A stretch of 59,797 nucleotides of DNA, filler included, from Malassezia furfur (Eukaryota): NCBI GenBank assembly GCA_052055015.1. It is 8 parts of 8 records of this genome, joined end to end, with 100 filler letters (N's around TTAATTAATTAA, not from the genome) between each part and the next. Parts side by side here need not be neighbours in the genome. Positions count along the whole stretch, not along the records: positions 1 to 7,511 come from JBQJIT010000496.1; positions 7,612 to 15,074 come from JBQJIT010000497.1; 6 more parts are not named here. One strand, written 5' to 3'. Under the pieces are notes generated by a model that had not been told where the DNA came from, ran no database searches, and saw nothing but the letters and a program-made list of their open reading frames with translations. Below, piece by piece: positions 1 to 11,537 of this stretch (the first letter of the stretch is position 1; every line of letters begins with the position of its first letter). Both the position numbers and the translations under genes were made by a program.

Positions 1-311
1 GACGAGTAGATGTGCATCACAGACACATTGAGAGTGTGGTTGGCAATGGCATAGAGAACTGGAAGTAGGATGATCACGAGATTGACAATGAAGAGAACTG
101 GAAGAAGAATGAACGTGAAGATCAGCAGCTTCTTAGAGAAGAGCTTTTTCTCATAGGGGGTCTTGCGAGCGGCAAAGTAACCAATGGGTCTTCCTGGCTG
201 ATGGAAGCCCGTCTGTCCTCGTGCTCCAAACGGCTCATCGTGCTCGTCAGTGTGAAGGGTCTGTGAGGTGATTCGGCGGCGTACGCCGTCTTCCCCGCTA
301 AGCTCTCGCAT
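1..311 (-). CDS. N-terminal part of a type II membrane protein, probably a second DUF3712/Tag1-like family member (runs off the left edge; not in the ORF track)
   Basis: Manual translation from ATG at 311: MRELSGEDG...KKLFSKKLLIFTFILLPVLFIVNLVIILLPVLYAIANHTLNVSVMHIYS. Basic patch, one long hydrophobic helix, then an 'AIAxHTLNxSxMHI' segment like the start of DUF3712-type repeats. No stop before base 1. Confidence 0.6.
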   Translation of the reverse strand, partial: MRELSGEDGVRRRITSQTLHTDEHDEPFGARGQTGFHQPGRPIGYFAARKTPYEKKLFSKKLLIFTFILLPVLFIVNLVIILLPVLYAIANHTLNVSVMHIYS

Positions 312-597
312 CTGTCACACGTCCCTGCCGTTCTCCCAGATCTCAAGTGTGGTCGCGTGAACAGACAAGATTCGGGCACTTCTGCCGGTGGGCGTTGTTC
401 AGGAACAGCGGCATATCATGCATGTTGGGCCAATGAATAACCAGGTTTGACACGCAGCGAGGTCACGCACCCAACATTTGGGAACGCGTGGGCGTGCGGG
501 GTGTCGCATGACCCACCACCTCCACATAGTACGAGCGCAACGGATCTGGTATACAAGAGAAAACGAGACTATGATGGAAACATGAATGGGAGACGGT

Positions 598-3500
598 TTA
601 GCCAAAGAGGTTGTCCAGCAAACCGCCCGACCTGCTTGATGAAGCGGCACCGCCACCATTATTATTAGAGCCACCCGACTGGCCTTGTGCTGATGGACGT
701 GCTTGTTGTGATGAGCCGCCGCCGCTTCCGCGGCTGCCACCGCTATCCCGATTGGCTGCGCTCCGTTGTCCGGCTGCGCTCGAAGCACTTTGTGGCGAGG
801 CTCTTGCTCTTGCACTGCTTGCAGCTGCCGCCGATGCCGCCGACGCCGCCGACGCCGTGCTAGCCACCGAACGGCTGCTCGCGCTGGCCGACGAGGCGGC
901 GACCTTGCCAGCGGCGGTGTTGGCACTGCAGTCGGCCGTGTGGATGAGAGAAAGGGGGAGCTTTTCGAGCGCGCAAACAACCTGCTTCCACTCGGTATTG
1001 GCGAGTTGGATAATCCCCTCGGAGCCGAGCTTGGCGAAGCTGTCCGTAATCTTGCTGACGTCCGTGGCCGGGAGCTTCGGCAGGGCGCCCACGATACCCT
1101 CGATTAGATCCAAAATGGTGGTGACGTTAAGCAAGACGTGGTCACTAATGGCGAGCGCGTAGGTAGTCAATACATCTTCCTCGTTGTACTGGAAACCGTC
1201 GGCCACATAACCATTGTCGTCGACCATGATCTGCACCATGTTCTTCACGTCGAGATTCTTCCCAAGCGACGGAGCCGACCCAATCAGGCCTTGCGGGAGC
1301 AGTACATTGTGGATGGGATCGCACTTGTGGAAGCCCGGGTTGACTTTGGTGGCTGTGGCCGCTGGGATACGACAGTTCGTTACGTGGTTCTCCGTGAAAG
1401 AGGCAATGGTGGGCGAACTTGTCCCAGCCGTAGTGGCTTGGTCCTGGATCCGCAAGAAGGTCTGCGGAACAGGGAAGTCGTTCCGGAACGTGAGGGCGAT
1501 GTAAATGTACGGCCGGAAGCCGGGCGCGGAGAAGAGAGTGAGCACGTCGAAGTACGAGTCGATCTGGTTCAGCACACGAATGGCAATGCCCGGCACGGAA
1601 CTCTCCACATAGGTCTTCTCCATACCCGGGATCAGCGACGCGAACGGCGTAAGCGGCGGGTTTGCATTCGGGGTGCCCTTGATAACGACCGGAGTCTGGT
1701 ACGGGATGCTGACCGCACCGTGGCCCTCCTGGGGTTGGGCGTAGCGCGTAAGCATCTCCAGAGCGACCGAGTTGTTGTGGCCGTCTGGCTGGAAGCGCAC
1801 AATTGTGTCGAAGTAGTTGTCGCCCGGTACAATGATCTTGTTGTTCATGATCGAACGGCCGACGTACGTGTTCTTGTAGAACGATGGCAGCGAGATACCG
1901 GTCGTGTGCACCGTGATGTTGCTTGGGTTCGTGAGAATAAGCATGCCGGTGTTGTCGAGGTATTGGGGTGTGCCCTGCTTGACATCCAGGCGCTGGAGCG
2001 TCGCTTTCCCGGTGAATGAGTTGAAGCCGGCCATGCTCGTAGTGACGTTGAACGGAATGCCGTGGATGGGAATGTTGCCAATCACCATCTTGCCGATCAG
2101 GCCGGCGGTGCCCGTGACGCCAAACGTCGCGCGCGGTGTGTCGAGCAGGTCGGCAAGCAGCGCCATGAACGCCGAACGGTCCTGCGCGATCAGCGGCACA
2201 TTCTTCCACGAAATGATCAGCGGCTGGTGGTCGTTGGGGCCGTGCGACGTGCCGGCGCGCGCGTTGCGCATCGACAGCGTAAGCTTGGCGGCGACCGCGT
2301 TCTGGTAGATCATCTCGGCGTCGAGCGAGGCCTTGAGCGGGGTCAGGCTAAAGTGCAGCGGGTTGGCGTACGTCGCCATCGACTGGTTCGAGCCCGTCGG
2401 CGGTGCCCACGTGTGCGACTGCTGCATCATCGTCATGTACAGGTCCGAGATGGTCATGGCGTACACGATGCGGTAGATGTGGCCGGGGAGCACGACATTG
2501 AGCGTGAGCGTCTTGAACGCTTTGGTCAGCCAGCTGACGGGCTTGTTGCCGTTCTCGCGCGTGACCACGCTGACACCCTTGACGCTCAACTGGCTGTTCT
2601 TGCCCTGGAGGTACTGCGAGAAGAGCTTGCCCGTGGCCTGGACCTCGGCGTTGCCATTCTTGCGCGTGATGAAGCCGTTGAGAATCGACGAGGTGGTCGT
2701 CAGGCCCTTGAGGAACAGATTCGAGGCGTGCGCAGGACCCACGTACTGGTTCTCGAAGAAGATGTTGAAGTTGGCCGTCTCGAGATCGATGCTCAGCGTC
2801 GCCGGCGACGGGATCGTCGTGCCAGTCGTGATCTTGAGCGCGTCGGACGTCTCGCCAGGGATGTCGAACGAGGTGACCTTGACGCCCGGCAGACCGTTGA
2901 AGGCCTTGAAGTGCAGCGTCTTGCTGATCTTCACATCGTTGAACACAATGTTGAGCGAGCGCACCCGCAGCTTGTCGCTGCTGATCGTCCACGTAAAGTC
3001 GGGGTTGTGCAGGATGTACGTGGCAAACTTAGTGAAGCCGTCCTGGTTCGTGATGGTCAGCTCGCCCGACGTGCGCAGGTTCGGCACACCGACGTCGGCC
3101 GCCGCACAGATCGGCGGCAGGGCGATCTTGGCAATGTCCTGGCCCTGCCACGTCACCTTGACGCCATCCGGGAACTCGATCTGCGCATCAAACGGACCCG
3201 TGTTGAGCAGCTGGCCCTGCAGGTCGAGGTGGAAGCCGCCGTCACGCAACTTGGTGATGGTCGTCATCGAGAACGAGAGCGTCGCCTCGTTCACAATGTT
3301 CTGCACAATCGGCGCACCAATGGGACCGATGAGGTACAGCGACGTGCGGTCGGTGTCGGTGGGCACCGGCGACTGCTTAAAGTTGAGGTTCGTCTGGTAG
3401 TCGTCCATCTTCACCGTCGACTCAATGTCCAGCGTCACCTCGAGGCCCTTGAGCAGCGACAGCACCGCACCGAACACGTCGAACTGATGGCCCGAGTGGC

Positions 3501-6500
3501 AGTTGGGCGGGTTCGAGTCGGGGTACGGCTGGACCGTGGTCTTGGTGCTCGACATCGCCATCACCTTGTTGAACTGCGCCGTGAGCGGACCAAGGTCCGT
3601 GTTGGTGTTCGCCGCCGCCTTCTCCACAAACTGGATCAGGTGCTTCGGGTCGAGGTCCATCTTGAGCGGCAGCGTCCGCGAGGTGATTGTCGTGTGGCCA
3701 TTCGCACGGATCGGTGGCGAGAGGTTCTGGTCAATCACACCGAGGTAGATGCCCTGGTACGACGCCTTGGCATTCACCTTGAGCAGGTTGATCGACGCCG
3801 TGAACGGATTCTTCAGCTGGAAGCTCGACTGGGCCAGAGACGTCTGCGCAATGTTCTTCCGGATGACCAGCTTCGCCTCAATGATCAGCAGCTGGTGCAG
3901 CGGCGGGATCTGCGTCGAGAGCTGAATACCGGACAGGGCTTCCTTGAGCGACGCGATCGGCGTCGTGTCGCGCGAACCAATAATCTTGGACGTTGACACG
4001 ATGCCCTGCACGTAGTTCTCGAGCAGGTTCTGACCGGCCGCAACGTTGGCGGCGCCGTGCGGCGAGTAGTGCACGTTGGTGGCCACATTGTTCACGCCCG
4101 GGACCAGGACGAGGTCCGAGACCTCCGCGGTGCCGATGGGACGGCCCTTGTACTGCAGACCGAACGACACGTCGCCGGTGCCGATGGTGATGTGCGACGG
4201 GTTGTACATCGAGGCATCGAGTGTGATTAGCAGGTAGCTCTTGTATCCGTGCTTCACGTCCAGGTTCGACGTCACCACCGGCCGCGCATTGAGATTCTGC
4301 AGACCGTCCAGCGACGTCGTCACACCGAACGGAATGTCGGTGATCGTCACCACACCGGCGGCGGTGCGCGCAACCGAGTTGGCATTGCCGTGCAGCTGGA
4401 ATGAGATGCTCTTTTGCGCCGTGGTGTCCGCAAGGAACCCAGAGAACTGGCTGTGCTTGCCGCCGTACGCCTGCATGGGCACATTGTTGAACTTGACCGT
4501 CATGATGCGCTGCTGCACGTCCGTCGTCGCGGGCGACATGGGGATGTTGAGGATGGCCACGTCCGAGCCCTTGTACCCCTGGATGAAGCCACCGCCGGCC
4601 TGAGTGATGTCGATCGGGAAGTTGAACGGCAGGTAGAACGGCGCCTCGGTGTTGGACGAGCTGGTCAGGGGACTCCATGCGTTCTTCTCCGAGAACATGA
4701 GCGTCATCTGGTTCAGCTGAATGCCCTTAATGACGCTAAAGTGGCGCGCCGGCAGCTGCGACGAGATGGTGAGCAGCTTGATACCCTCGTTGAGCCACGT
4801 CACCTCCGACGGACCGGCGTACTCGCCGCGAATCTGGATCGGGATCGTCTTGCCGTGCACCACATCCGTAAACGTCTGCGAGAGCGTCGCGAGGCCGTGC
4901 GTGCTGTCCTGGTGTTGCATGCGACCCGACAAGGGCAGGCGCGTCGTCGACAGCGGCTGCAAAATAAACTCGGTGTCGGCCGCAACAGGGCCGAGCTGCG
5001 TGTTGTTGCGCCAGGTGGTGGTGCCGAACCGCGACAGCTGCACACCGACCTGCGACGGGTTGCGGATCACTGCCTCGGCGGTGAGGTGGATGCCGCCCGC
5101 CGGGTCGTTGTACGGCAGGTCGTAGGTGGTGACCTCGACCGAGTTCTTGAGGTTGTTCAGACCGGTCAAGATCACCGTCTTCGACATGGTCATGCCGGGC
5201 GTCTCGAAGCCAAGGGCATTGACCACGATGCCCTCGCCCGACACCTCCCAGACAAAGCTCGGCTGCGTCACCAGGAACTTGGTGAACTGGGTCAGCGCAT
5301 CAATGTTGGCCACAGCAAAGTCCGCCTCGAGGTCGATCTGCGCGCCTTCTTCGGCCACAAGCGTGATGTTGGGCATCGCAATCTGACCAAGCACCTGGTT
5401 GTTCCACGAGAGCTGCAGACCCTGTCCAAAGCTGATCACCGCATCAAACGGACCGGCATTCGTGATGGAGCCGACCATGTGTGTGCGGAACCGGTTCAGC
5501 GTCGGGTTCAGGATCACCACCGTGTTGATCACCAGGTTCGAGCCATCGATAATCTTCTGCACGATCGGCTTCGACAGCACAGGCAGCAGCAGGTTCAGCG
5601 TCTCGTCGGTCCGCATCGGCACATTCTGCTGCGAGAAGGTCAATGGCGACACATAATCCCCAATCTTGGTCTGGGACACAATCTCGAGGTTGGCCGATGC
5701 CACCGAGAACGCCCGGTTCACAAAGTTGGGTAGGTTGAAGCCAGTATACATGTTCGTCTTGCGCTTCACCAGCGTGTGGTTCGTCATCTCGGCAGGTCGC
5801 TCTTCGGCCAGCACCTCCTCTTCGGCCAGCGAACGCTTCGACGGGCGGCGGTCGCTGTTCGCATCCGTCGTCTTGGAGTACGTGTAGCCACCGATACCGA
5901 CAATCCCGTCCAGGGGTCGCACGTCCTCACCAGCCTGCAGCGCCAACGCACGCACCAGCGCAAACATGTCCGGCGGGTACAGGTTGAGGTGCAGCGGGAT
6001 GTTGGGCGACGGCGTCACCGCCTTGCCAGCGGCCGAGAAGTCCAGGTCCGTATCAATCTGAGCCACGAAAATGCCGTGCATCGTCACATTCGACGAAATG
6101 TGCGTGATCTGCAGCCCCGCCGAGAACGGATTGTTGAGGCTCACGATCGAGTGCGCCACATCGTCTGTAATACCGGTCGTGTTGAGCACCACCAGCGATG
6201 CCTGTTGCACAAGCTGCGTGTTCAGGCCGCCCAGCGTCGTGTTGATGCGCATCGCCGAGAACGCCGGCACCAGCGAGTCGATCGGCGTCGAGCCCTCAAA
6301 GCCCGAAATGTTCACCGGCGTGTCCTGACCGCTCACATAGCGGTTCAGCGTCTCGTATCCGTACGGGCTCACCTTAGGGCTGAACGTCGAAATCGCCGTA
6401 ATGTTGTTCGCACCAATCACCAGGTTCAGGTTCTCGAGGAACACATTGCCGATCACGTCGTGGTTCAGGAAAAGCAGCGTGACGTTACCGGATTGCACAT

Positions 6501-7511
6501 TGACATTCGACGGGTTGATGATGGTCGTGTTGACCGCCAGCTTCAACCCTTCGGTGGTGCCGCCAATCACGTCGACGCCATTGATGGTCGTAGGGTAGTG
6601 GTTCAACCCTTGCAGACCCAACAGACCACTCTGGACCGAGAACTTGATGCCGTCAAGAACGATACGGCCCACCGGCGTGTCTGTTACCGCGGTCGAAGAG
6701 CCGTTGAACATCTTAGTGTCCACACCGGAGAAGACGAACTCCTTCTGGAAGTACTGGAACTCTTTCCGAGCGGCATCCGTCTGCTCGGGCAGCCGCATCA
6801 GCGACGGCTTCAGCGTCAGGTACAGCGTACCCGCCGTCTGCCCCGATGCAACAATGTCCAGCTGCGTCTCGGAGTTGGAGTAGACACCGTCCACCACCAC
6901 CATCGGTGTGTTGGTCTTGTCGTCCACCAGCGTGATCTCATTCTTGGCCGACACAATATTCAGCGGGAAACCGAACGGCAATCCGATCTCAGCACTCAAG
7001 CTGTCCGATGATGCCGTCGGCGCATACGGGTCCGAATCGGCATAGTAGGTTAGGTTGAACTGCTTGATCACAATGCTCTTAATGGGGTTGATCGGAATCG
7101 GGGACTTGAAGGGCACTTCGATCGTGAGCGCTTTGATGCCGTCCTGCAGCCAGTTGGGTGTGACGCCGCTCGTGGTGGTCACACTCTTACCCACCGCTTG
7201 AGTTGGCGAGACCTCTCCGTTGATGTAGCGCGTCATTAGCTCACCCAGAATGTTCAGCGCCGTCTGGTTGTTTGTATAGGGGAGAAGTCGTCCCTGCAAG
7301 TTCACCAGGTTGAGGCTGGGAGTCAAGTTGACGTTGGGTGAGAACGCCGGACCGAGCAACAGGCCCTTGTAGTAGAGATCAAATTCCAGCCGCCCGAGCT
7401 GCATACCAAAGGGCGATGGATTCCTCAGTATCGTGGTCGCATAAAAGGCAATACCGCCGTCCTTGTCAGCATTTGGCATTTGGAAGTCGACAATCTGCAC
7501 GTCCTTGAAGT
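598..7511 (-). CDS. Very large DUF3712/Tag1-like repeat protein (>2300 aa, 5'-truncated at the contig end)
   Basis: Uninterrupted ORF. Recurrent 'NPS(N/Q/H)(V/I)xxxxG', 'N(A/T)GPFDAxIxF', 'LxLxPGxN' and 'GLxGL/FNGLPG' units typical of fungal DUF3712 proteins. Ala/Ser/Gly-rich C-terminal tail. Confidence 0.8.
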
Positions 7512-7611
7512 NNNNNNNNNNNNNNNNNNNNNNNNNNNNNNNNNNNNNNNNNNNNTTAATTAATTAANNNNNNNNNNNNNNNNNNNNNNNNNNNNNNNNN
7601 NNNNNNNNNNN
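7512..7611. other. Artificial contig linker (N44-TTAATTAATTAA-N44)
   Basis: 12-mer with stops in all six frames, flanked by N runs; identical at seven places. Confidence 0.98.
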
Positions 7612-9379
7612 CGTCGTGCGCGGGCGGCGCGCGGGGCGGCGCCGAGAGGCGCGCGTCAGCGCCCGGCGCCTCGTTCGGCGGCACTCCGGCGTTGAGCACC
7701 TCGGTGGTCGACACCACGTTGCCATAGTGCCCCATCTGCGCCGAGATGCTCGGCATCGGACTCGCGTTGCCGTCGGAGCGGAGCGGCGGCGTGCCGCGCC
7801 CCGTGCTGTCCAGCGCACGCACCGTCGTGCGGGGCGAGCGCGACGACCATCCCAGCATGCTCGTCGCGCCGGGCGAGGCCAGCGACGCCACCTCGGTGCG
7901 CTGGTCGTACGGCGACGGCGAGCGGGGATGCAGCGTCTGCAGCGTGCTGACGGACGAGCGGTCCGAGCCGCGCATGCGCTGTGCGTCCATCGTCCAGTCG
8001 CTCAGCTGCGAACCGGACGTGTCGCGCCGTGAGCGCTCGCGCACGTTGGGCGTCACCACGACTTCGGTCGTGTCCGACGGCATGGTCGGCGACACATCCG
8101 CGGTCGTCACGAGCGCGGGCGCCGTCGTGTCGTGCGGCGTGTGCAGCTCCTGCACCCACTGCTGCGTGCGCGCACGCCAGCCGCGCTCCTCGGCCTCGGT
8201 CGTGTACCCGGGGTTGTCAGGCACGCGGGCGACGCCGGCCTGGGCCTCCATCCGCACGGCCTCGGCGGGGGTCATGACCATCGACCCGACGCGCACGGGC
8301 GGCGCGGGGTGTGTGGCGTCGGGGCGCACGAGCGACGTGCGTGACGACCCCGAGGCCATCGACGCTGCCTCGTCTTCGTGCAGTGTGCTGCTCCGCTCGC
8401 CGCGCGGCGCCAGCTCCGTGTTGAGAGACCAGATGGAGCTGGCGTCGCGCACCGTCTCGCTGCGCCGCGATCGGTAGGATGTGCGCGACGACGGGCGCGA
8501 AATGTGCCGCCGCGAGGCGCTCGGCGGTGCACCGCCCATGCTGGTGAGTGCCAACGCACTCAGCTCGTGTGGCAGCGTCGGCCGCGCGTTGGGCGCGGAC
8601 GAGCCACGCGCCATAGCCGGCGCCGACGGCGGCAGTACATCCTGCTCCGTATCATCGGAAACCGGCACGAGCAGCGGCGAGCGCCGCGAGCTCGAGATGC
8701 CGGGGCCATTGCGGTAGATCCACGTATCGTTGGTCGGCTTCACCATGTGCTTGACGCGCGGGGTCGAGCCGCGCGCGGGCGGCACGGCCTGCAAATACGA
8801 CGGGGGCGCCGCGCACGTATCGACTGGTGGCGCAGCGTCCGGCGACGTACGAAGCCCATCGAGGTGCCAGCCCTGCGTGGATGTGGGCTCAGCCGGCCAC
8901 GCCAGCTCGGCGTCGGTGCCTGCATTCAGCATCGGGGCAGACATCCCGCGCAGGGGGCCACGCAGGTTGCCGCGCGGCGGCGCACGGAAGGGCGCTGGCT
9001 CGATGCTGCTGCTGCTGTTCACCGACGACGTGCTGCTCGTCGACTTGCTGCGCGCGATGCCCGAGTCGGTATCGCTCGCCTGTGCGCCCTGCCGGCTCGA
9101 CGAGCTGTGCAGCGACGTCGTCGAGTGCTGCGCCGAGTTCAGCAAGTTCACCTCGCTGGCCTCGGCAGAGCGCGGGAGCGAACGAGCGACGGGCGCGTTC
9201 GACCCCCGCCAGGAACTCGACGAGGACGGCGGCGTACTGCTCACCGCGTCGTCGTCGAGCAGGCTGCGCAGCGGCGCATGTACATTAGGCTTATCGGGCG
9301 GCGCACTCGCAGCGTCTGCGGTGCGTGCCGACGCCACACCAGGCATGGCAGCCCGCAAGGCACTCCCTGCTGCCTCCAT
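7612..9379 (-). CDS. Hypothetical Ser/Pro/Ala/Arg-rich disordered protein, N-terminal part (3'-truncated)
   Basis: ORF of about 590 aa from ATG 9379 to the contig end; PPSY motif; no recognisable domain. Confidence 0.6.
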
Positions 9380-9426
9380 CCTGGCCGCGCTTCGTGTGGC
9401 TCGCGCGCAACGCGGCGGGAACGGCG

Positions 9427-9434
9427 GTCACGTG
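9427..9434. promoter_or_regulatory. GTCACGTG (Cbf1-type bHLH E-box) in a 55-bp intergenic gap
   Basis: Exact GTCACGTG upstream of the 9379 start; the motif recurs in other promoters. Confidence 0.5.
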
Positions 9435-11441
9435 TTATGAACTACGGTCGGGCGGCGCATCGTCGGGCGGCGTGGGGGAGCGCTCGGGCGTCCCAAACGA
9501 GATCGGCGCCGAGCCGAACGAGAACTGGCCACCGGACGTCACACCACTCGTGTTCGCAAACGATGGACCGATCGCGGCCTTGGTGAATGCCCCGTCGTCT
9601 TTCGGCTTGCTCCCGAACGTGAAGCGGTGCGGCGAAGAGCTCGTGGGCGCCAGCGGCGAGGTGCCAGGTTTGAGCGAAAAGGCGCTCGGCGAAGCACCCG
9701 CCGTCGACCCAAATGCAATTGGGCGCGTTGGCTCGACTGGCGGCGTCGCAGGCACGGCGGCGGCGGGCGCAGGCGCACTGCTCGCCGCAGGTGTCTCGGT
9801 CGAAGGGGCCTTTGCGTCCGAGCCCGGCTTCGATGCGGCGGCCGCGGCGGGCTCCTCGGGCTTGGGTTTGGGGCCTAGTGTCTTGCCAGCAAACGAAAAA
9901 CCGCCCGCGGGGATCGAAAACGCGGGGGCGCTCGGTGCAGGCGACGAACTCGGTGCGGTGCTTCCAAGGAACGAGGTCGTCGACTTGCCCGCGAACGCAA
10001 AGCCGCCGGGCTGCAGCGAGAACGACGGCGGCTTGGCCGGCTGCGACGAGGAGGCAGCACTGGCGGGGGTGGTATCTTGAGGAGCCGCATGGGCCTCATC
10101 CGCTGTCTTGTGCTCTGCCTGCTCGGCGGCCTTCTGGGCGGCGCGTTCCTTGTCGGTACGCTCCTTCTCAGCCCGTTCCTTCTCAGCCTTTTCCTTCTCA
10201 GCCCGTTCCTTCTCAGCCCTTTCCTTCTCAGCCTTCTCCTTCTCAGCCTTTTCCTTCTCAGCCTTCTCCTTCTCGGCCTTTTCCTTCTCGGCCTTCTCCT
10301 TCTCGGCCTTCTCCTTCTTGGCCTTCTCCTTCTCGGCCTTCTCCTTCTCAACACGCTCCTTCTCAGCACGCTCCTTCTCGGCCTTCTCCTTTTCAGCGCG
10401 CTCCTTCTCAGCGCGCTCCTTCTCAGCCTTTTCCTTCTCGGCCTTTTCCTTCTCGACCTTTTCCTTCTCGGCCTTCTCCTTCTCGGCCTTCTCCTGCTCG
10501 GCCTTCTGCTTTGCTGCCTTTTCCTTCGCTTCCCGCTCCTGCTCAGCCTTGGCCGCACGCTCCTTCTCGGACTTCTCTTTTTCCGCACGAGCCACTGCCT
10601 CTGCATCGTCCTTCTTGGGCATTCCATAGGTCGACGACGCAAAGGAAGGTGCACTCTTGTTCTCTGTTGACGCTTGTCCAAACGCCTTTCCAAAGGCCGG
10701 TGCGCCGCTCAAGGAAGGTGCAGAATTGGATGCGCCGCCAAACGACGAAGAGAACGCCGAACCCATGGCTCCCGGCGCCGGGGGCTTTGCATCGGCGCCG
10801 CCAAGCACAGGCTTGGACGGCTGGGCAGCTGCAGGAGGCGCCGGCTTGGCCTCCGGCCACCGTTTCTGTACAAGCGTATCGTAGTGACGCGAATATTGCT
10901 CTGAAAACGACTGCAGCACCACGCCAAGGTTCCCACAATCGCTCGATTCGTTTAGGGTATGCATTAGGGACTTCATCATCGACCAGTTCAGTCCGCGGAT
11001 GGACGTCAAAAATTCCACATCCTTGCCTTGCTCATTTGCAGACGGTGTCAAACCAGTAGCCGGCGCGGTCGAGGGCTTGCCTGCCGACGCTGCTGGCGTC
11101 GAGACCGCGGGACTGGCCTTGGGGGCCGCCGGAGCGCTTGGTGCGGAACTTGCCGCGGGTTTCGGCAACGCCAAGCTGGCAAATGGGTTCGCCGCAGGAG
11201 CGCTCGAAGCAGGCGTACTAGACGCTGCCGGCGCACCGAGCGCGGCAAACGGATTCGCGCTAGGCGGCGTCGGGGCACTAGGTGCCGCTGCGCCGGCGCC
11301 ACGCCGTTTCGGCAGGCCGCGGATCACACGGTTCTGTGGCGCCGGTGCTGACGTCGTCTCTGTGTCCTGTGTGTCGGCAGACACCGCATGCGGGTCGTCG
11401 CCGTCCTCGCGCTGGATTTGTCGGTCGGCGATGCGCTTCAT
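9435..11441 (-). CDS. NUP2: Nup2/Nup50-like nucleoporin with EKAEK repeat and FxFG-like repeats
   Basis: Starts MKRIADRQIQRED, like the yeast Nup2 N-terminus MAKRVADAQIQRE, followed by 'IRGLPKRR'. NPF motifs; C-terminal FAFAG/FSFAG/FTFG/FSFG. True start is 11441, not the 12539 in the ORF track. Confidence 0.75.
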   Translation of the reverse strand: MKRIADRQIQREDGDDPHAVSADTQDTETTSAPAPQNRVIRGLPKRRGAGAAAPSAPTPPSANPFAALGAPAASSTPASSAPAANPFASLALPKPAASSAPSAPAAPKASPAVSTPAASAGKPSTAPATGLTPSANEQGKDVEFLTSIRGLNWSMMKSLMHTLNESSDCGNLGVVLQSFSEQYSRHYDTLVQKRWPEAKPAPPAAAQPSKPVLGGADAKPPAPGAMGSAFSSSFGGASNSAPSLSGAPAFGKAFGQASTENKSAPSFASSTYGMPKKDDAEAVARAEKEKSEKERAAKAEQEREAKEKAAKQKAEQEKAEKEKAEKEKVEKEKAEKEKAEKERAEKERAEKEKAEKERAEKERVEKEKAEKEKAKKEKAEKEKAEKEKAEKEKAEKEKAEKEKAEKERAEKERAEKEKAEKERAEKERTDKERAAQKAAEQAEHKTADEAHAAPQDTTPASAASSSQPAKPPSFSLQPGGFAFAGKSTTSFLGSTAPSSSPAPSAPAFSIPAGGFSFAGKTLGPKPKPEEPAAAAASKPGSDAKAPSTETPAASSAPAPAAAVPATPPVEPTRPIAFGSTAGASPSAFSLKPGTSPLAPTSSSPHRFTFGSKPKDDGAFTKAAIGPSFANTSGVTSGGQFSFGSAPISFGTPERSPTPPDDAPPDRSS
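10150..10580 (-). repeat. Coding 15-bp tandem repeat (about 22 units) encoding EKAEK/ERAEK
   Basis: Plus strand shows repeated gccttctccttctc(a/g). Confidence 0.95.
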
Positions 11442-11537
11442 TCCTGCATGCACCGACGGCGAAGGGAGGAGCCACGAGCACGGTAGCCGGCCGAGTCGGG
11501 GTCCGTCCGCCTCCACATTCGAGCGAGGCGTCCGACG

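Noticed and set aside
122..379. 85-aa ORF from the track
   Set aside because: A different frame (ATG 311 to the edge) gives a far more protein-like membrane sequence.
1..7511. Visibly lower GC at both ends of the first contig, suggesting foreign DNA or contamination
   Set aside because: The genes are of a fungal family and GC varies gradually within one ORF; not quantified and no evidence of transfer.
7556..7567. Regularly spaced TTAATTAATTAA repeat every ~7.4 kb
   Set aside because: Synthetic six-frame stop linker embedded in Ns, not biology.
598..9379. Idea that the 7612-9379 ORF is the missing N-terminus of the giant DUF3712 protein across the gap
   Set aside because: Contigs are ordered by length, so adjacency across the linker is arbitrary.
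10150..10580. CRISPR-like or satellite array
   Set aside because: No spacers; the 15-bp unit is an in-frame coding repeat in a eukaryotic gene.
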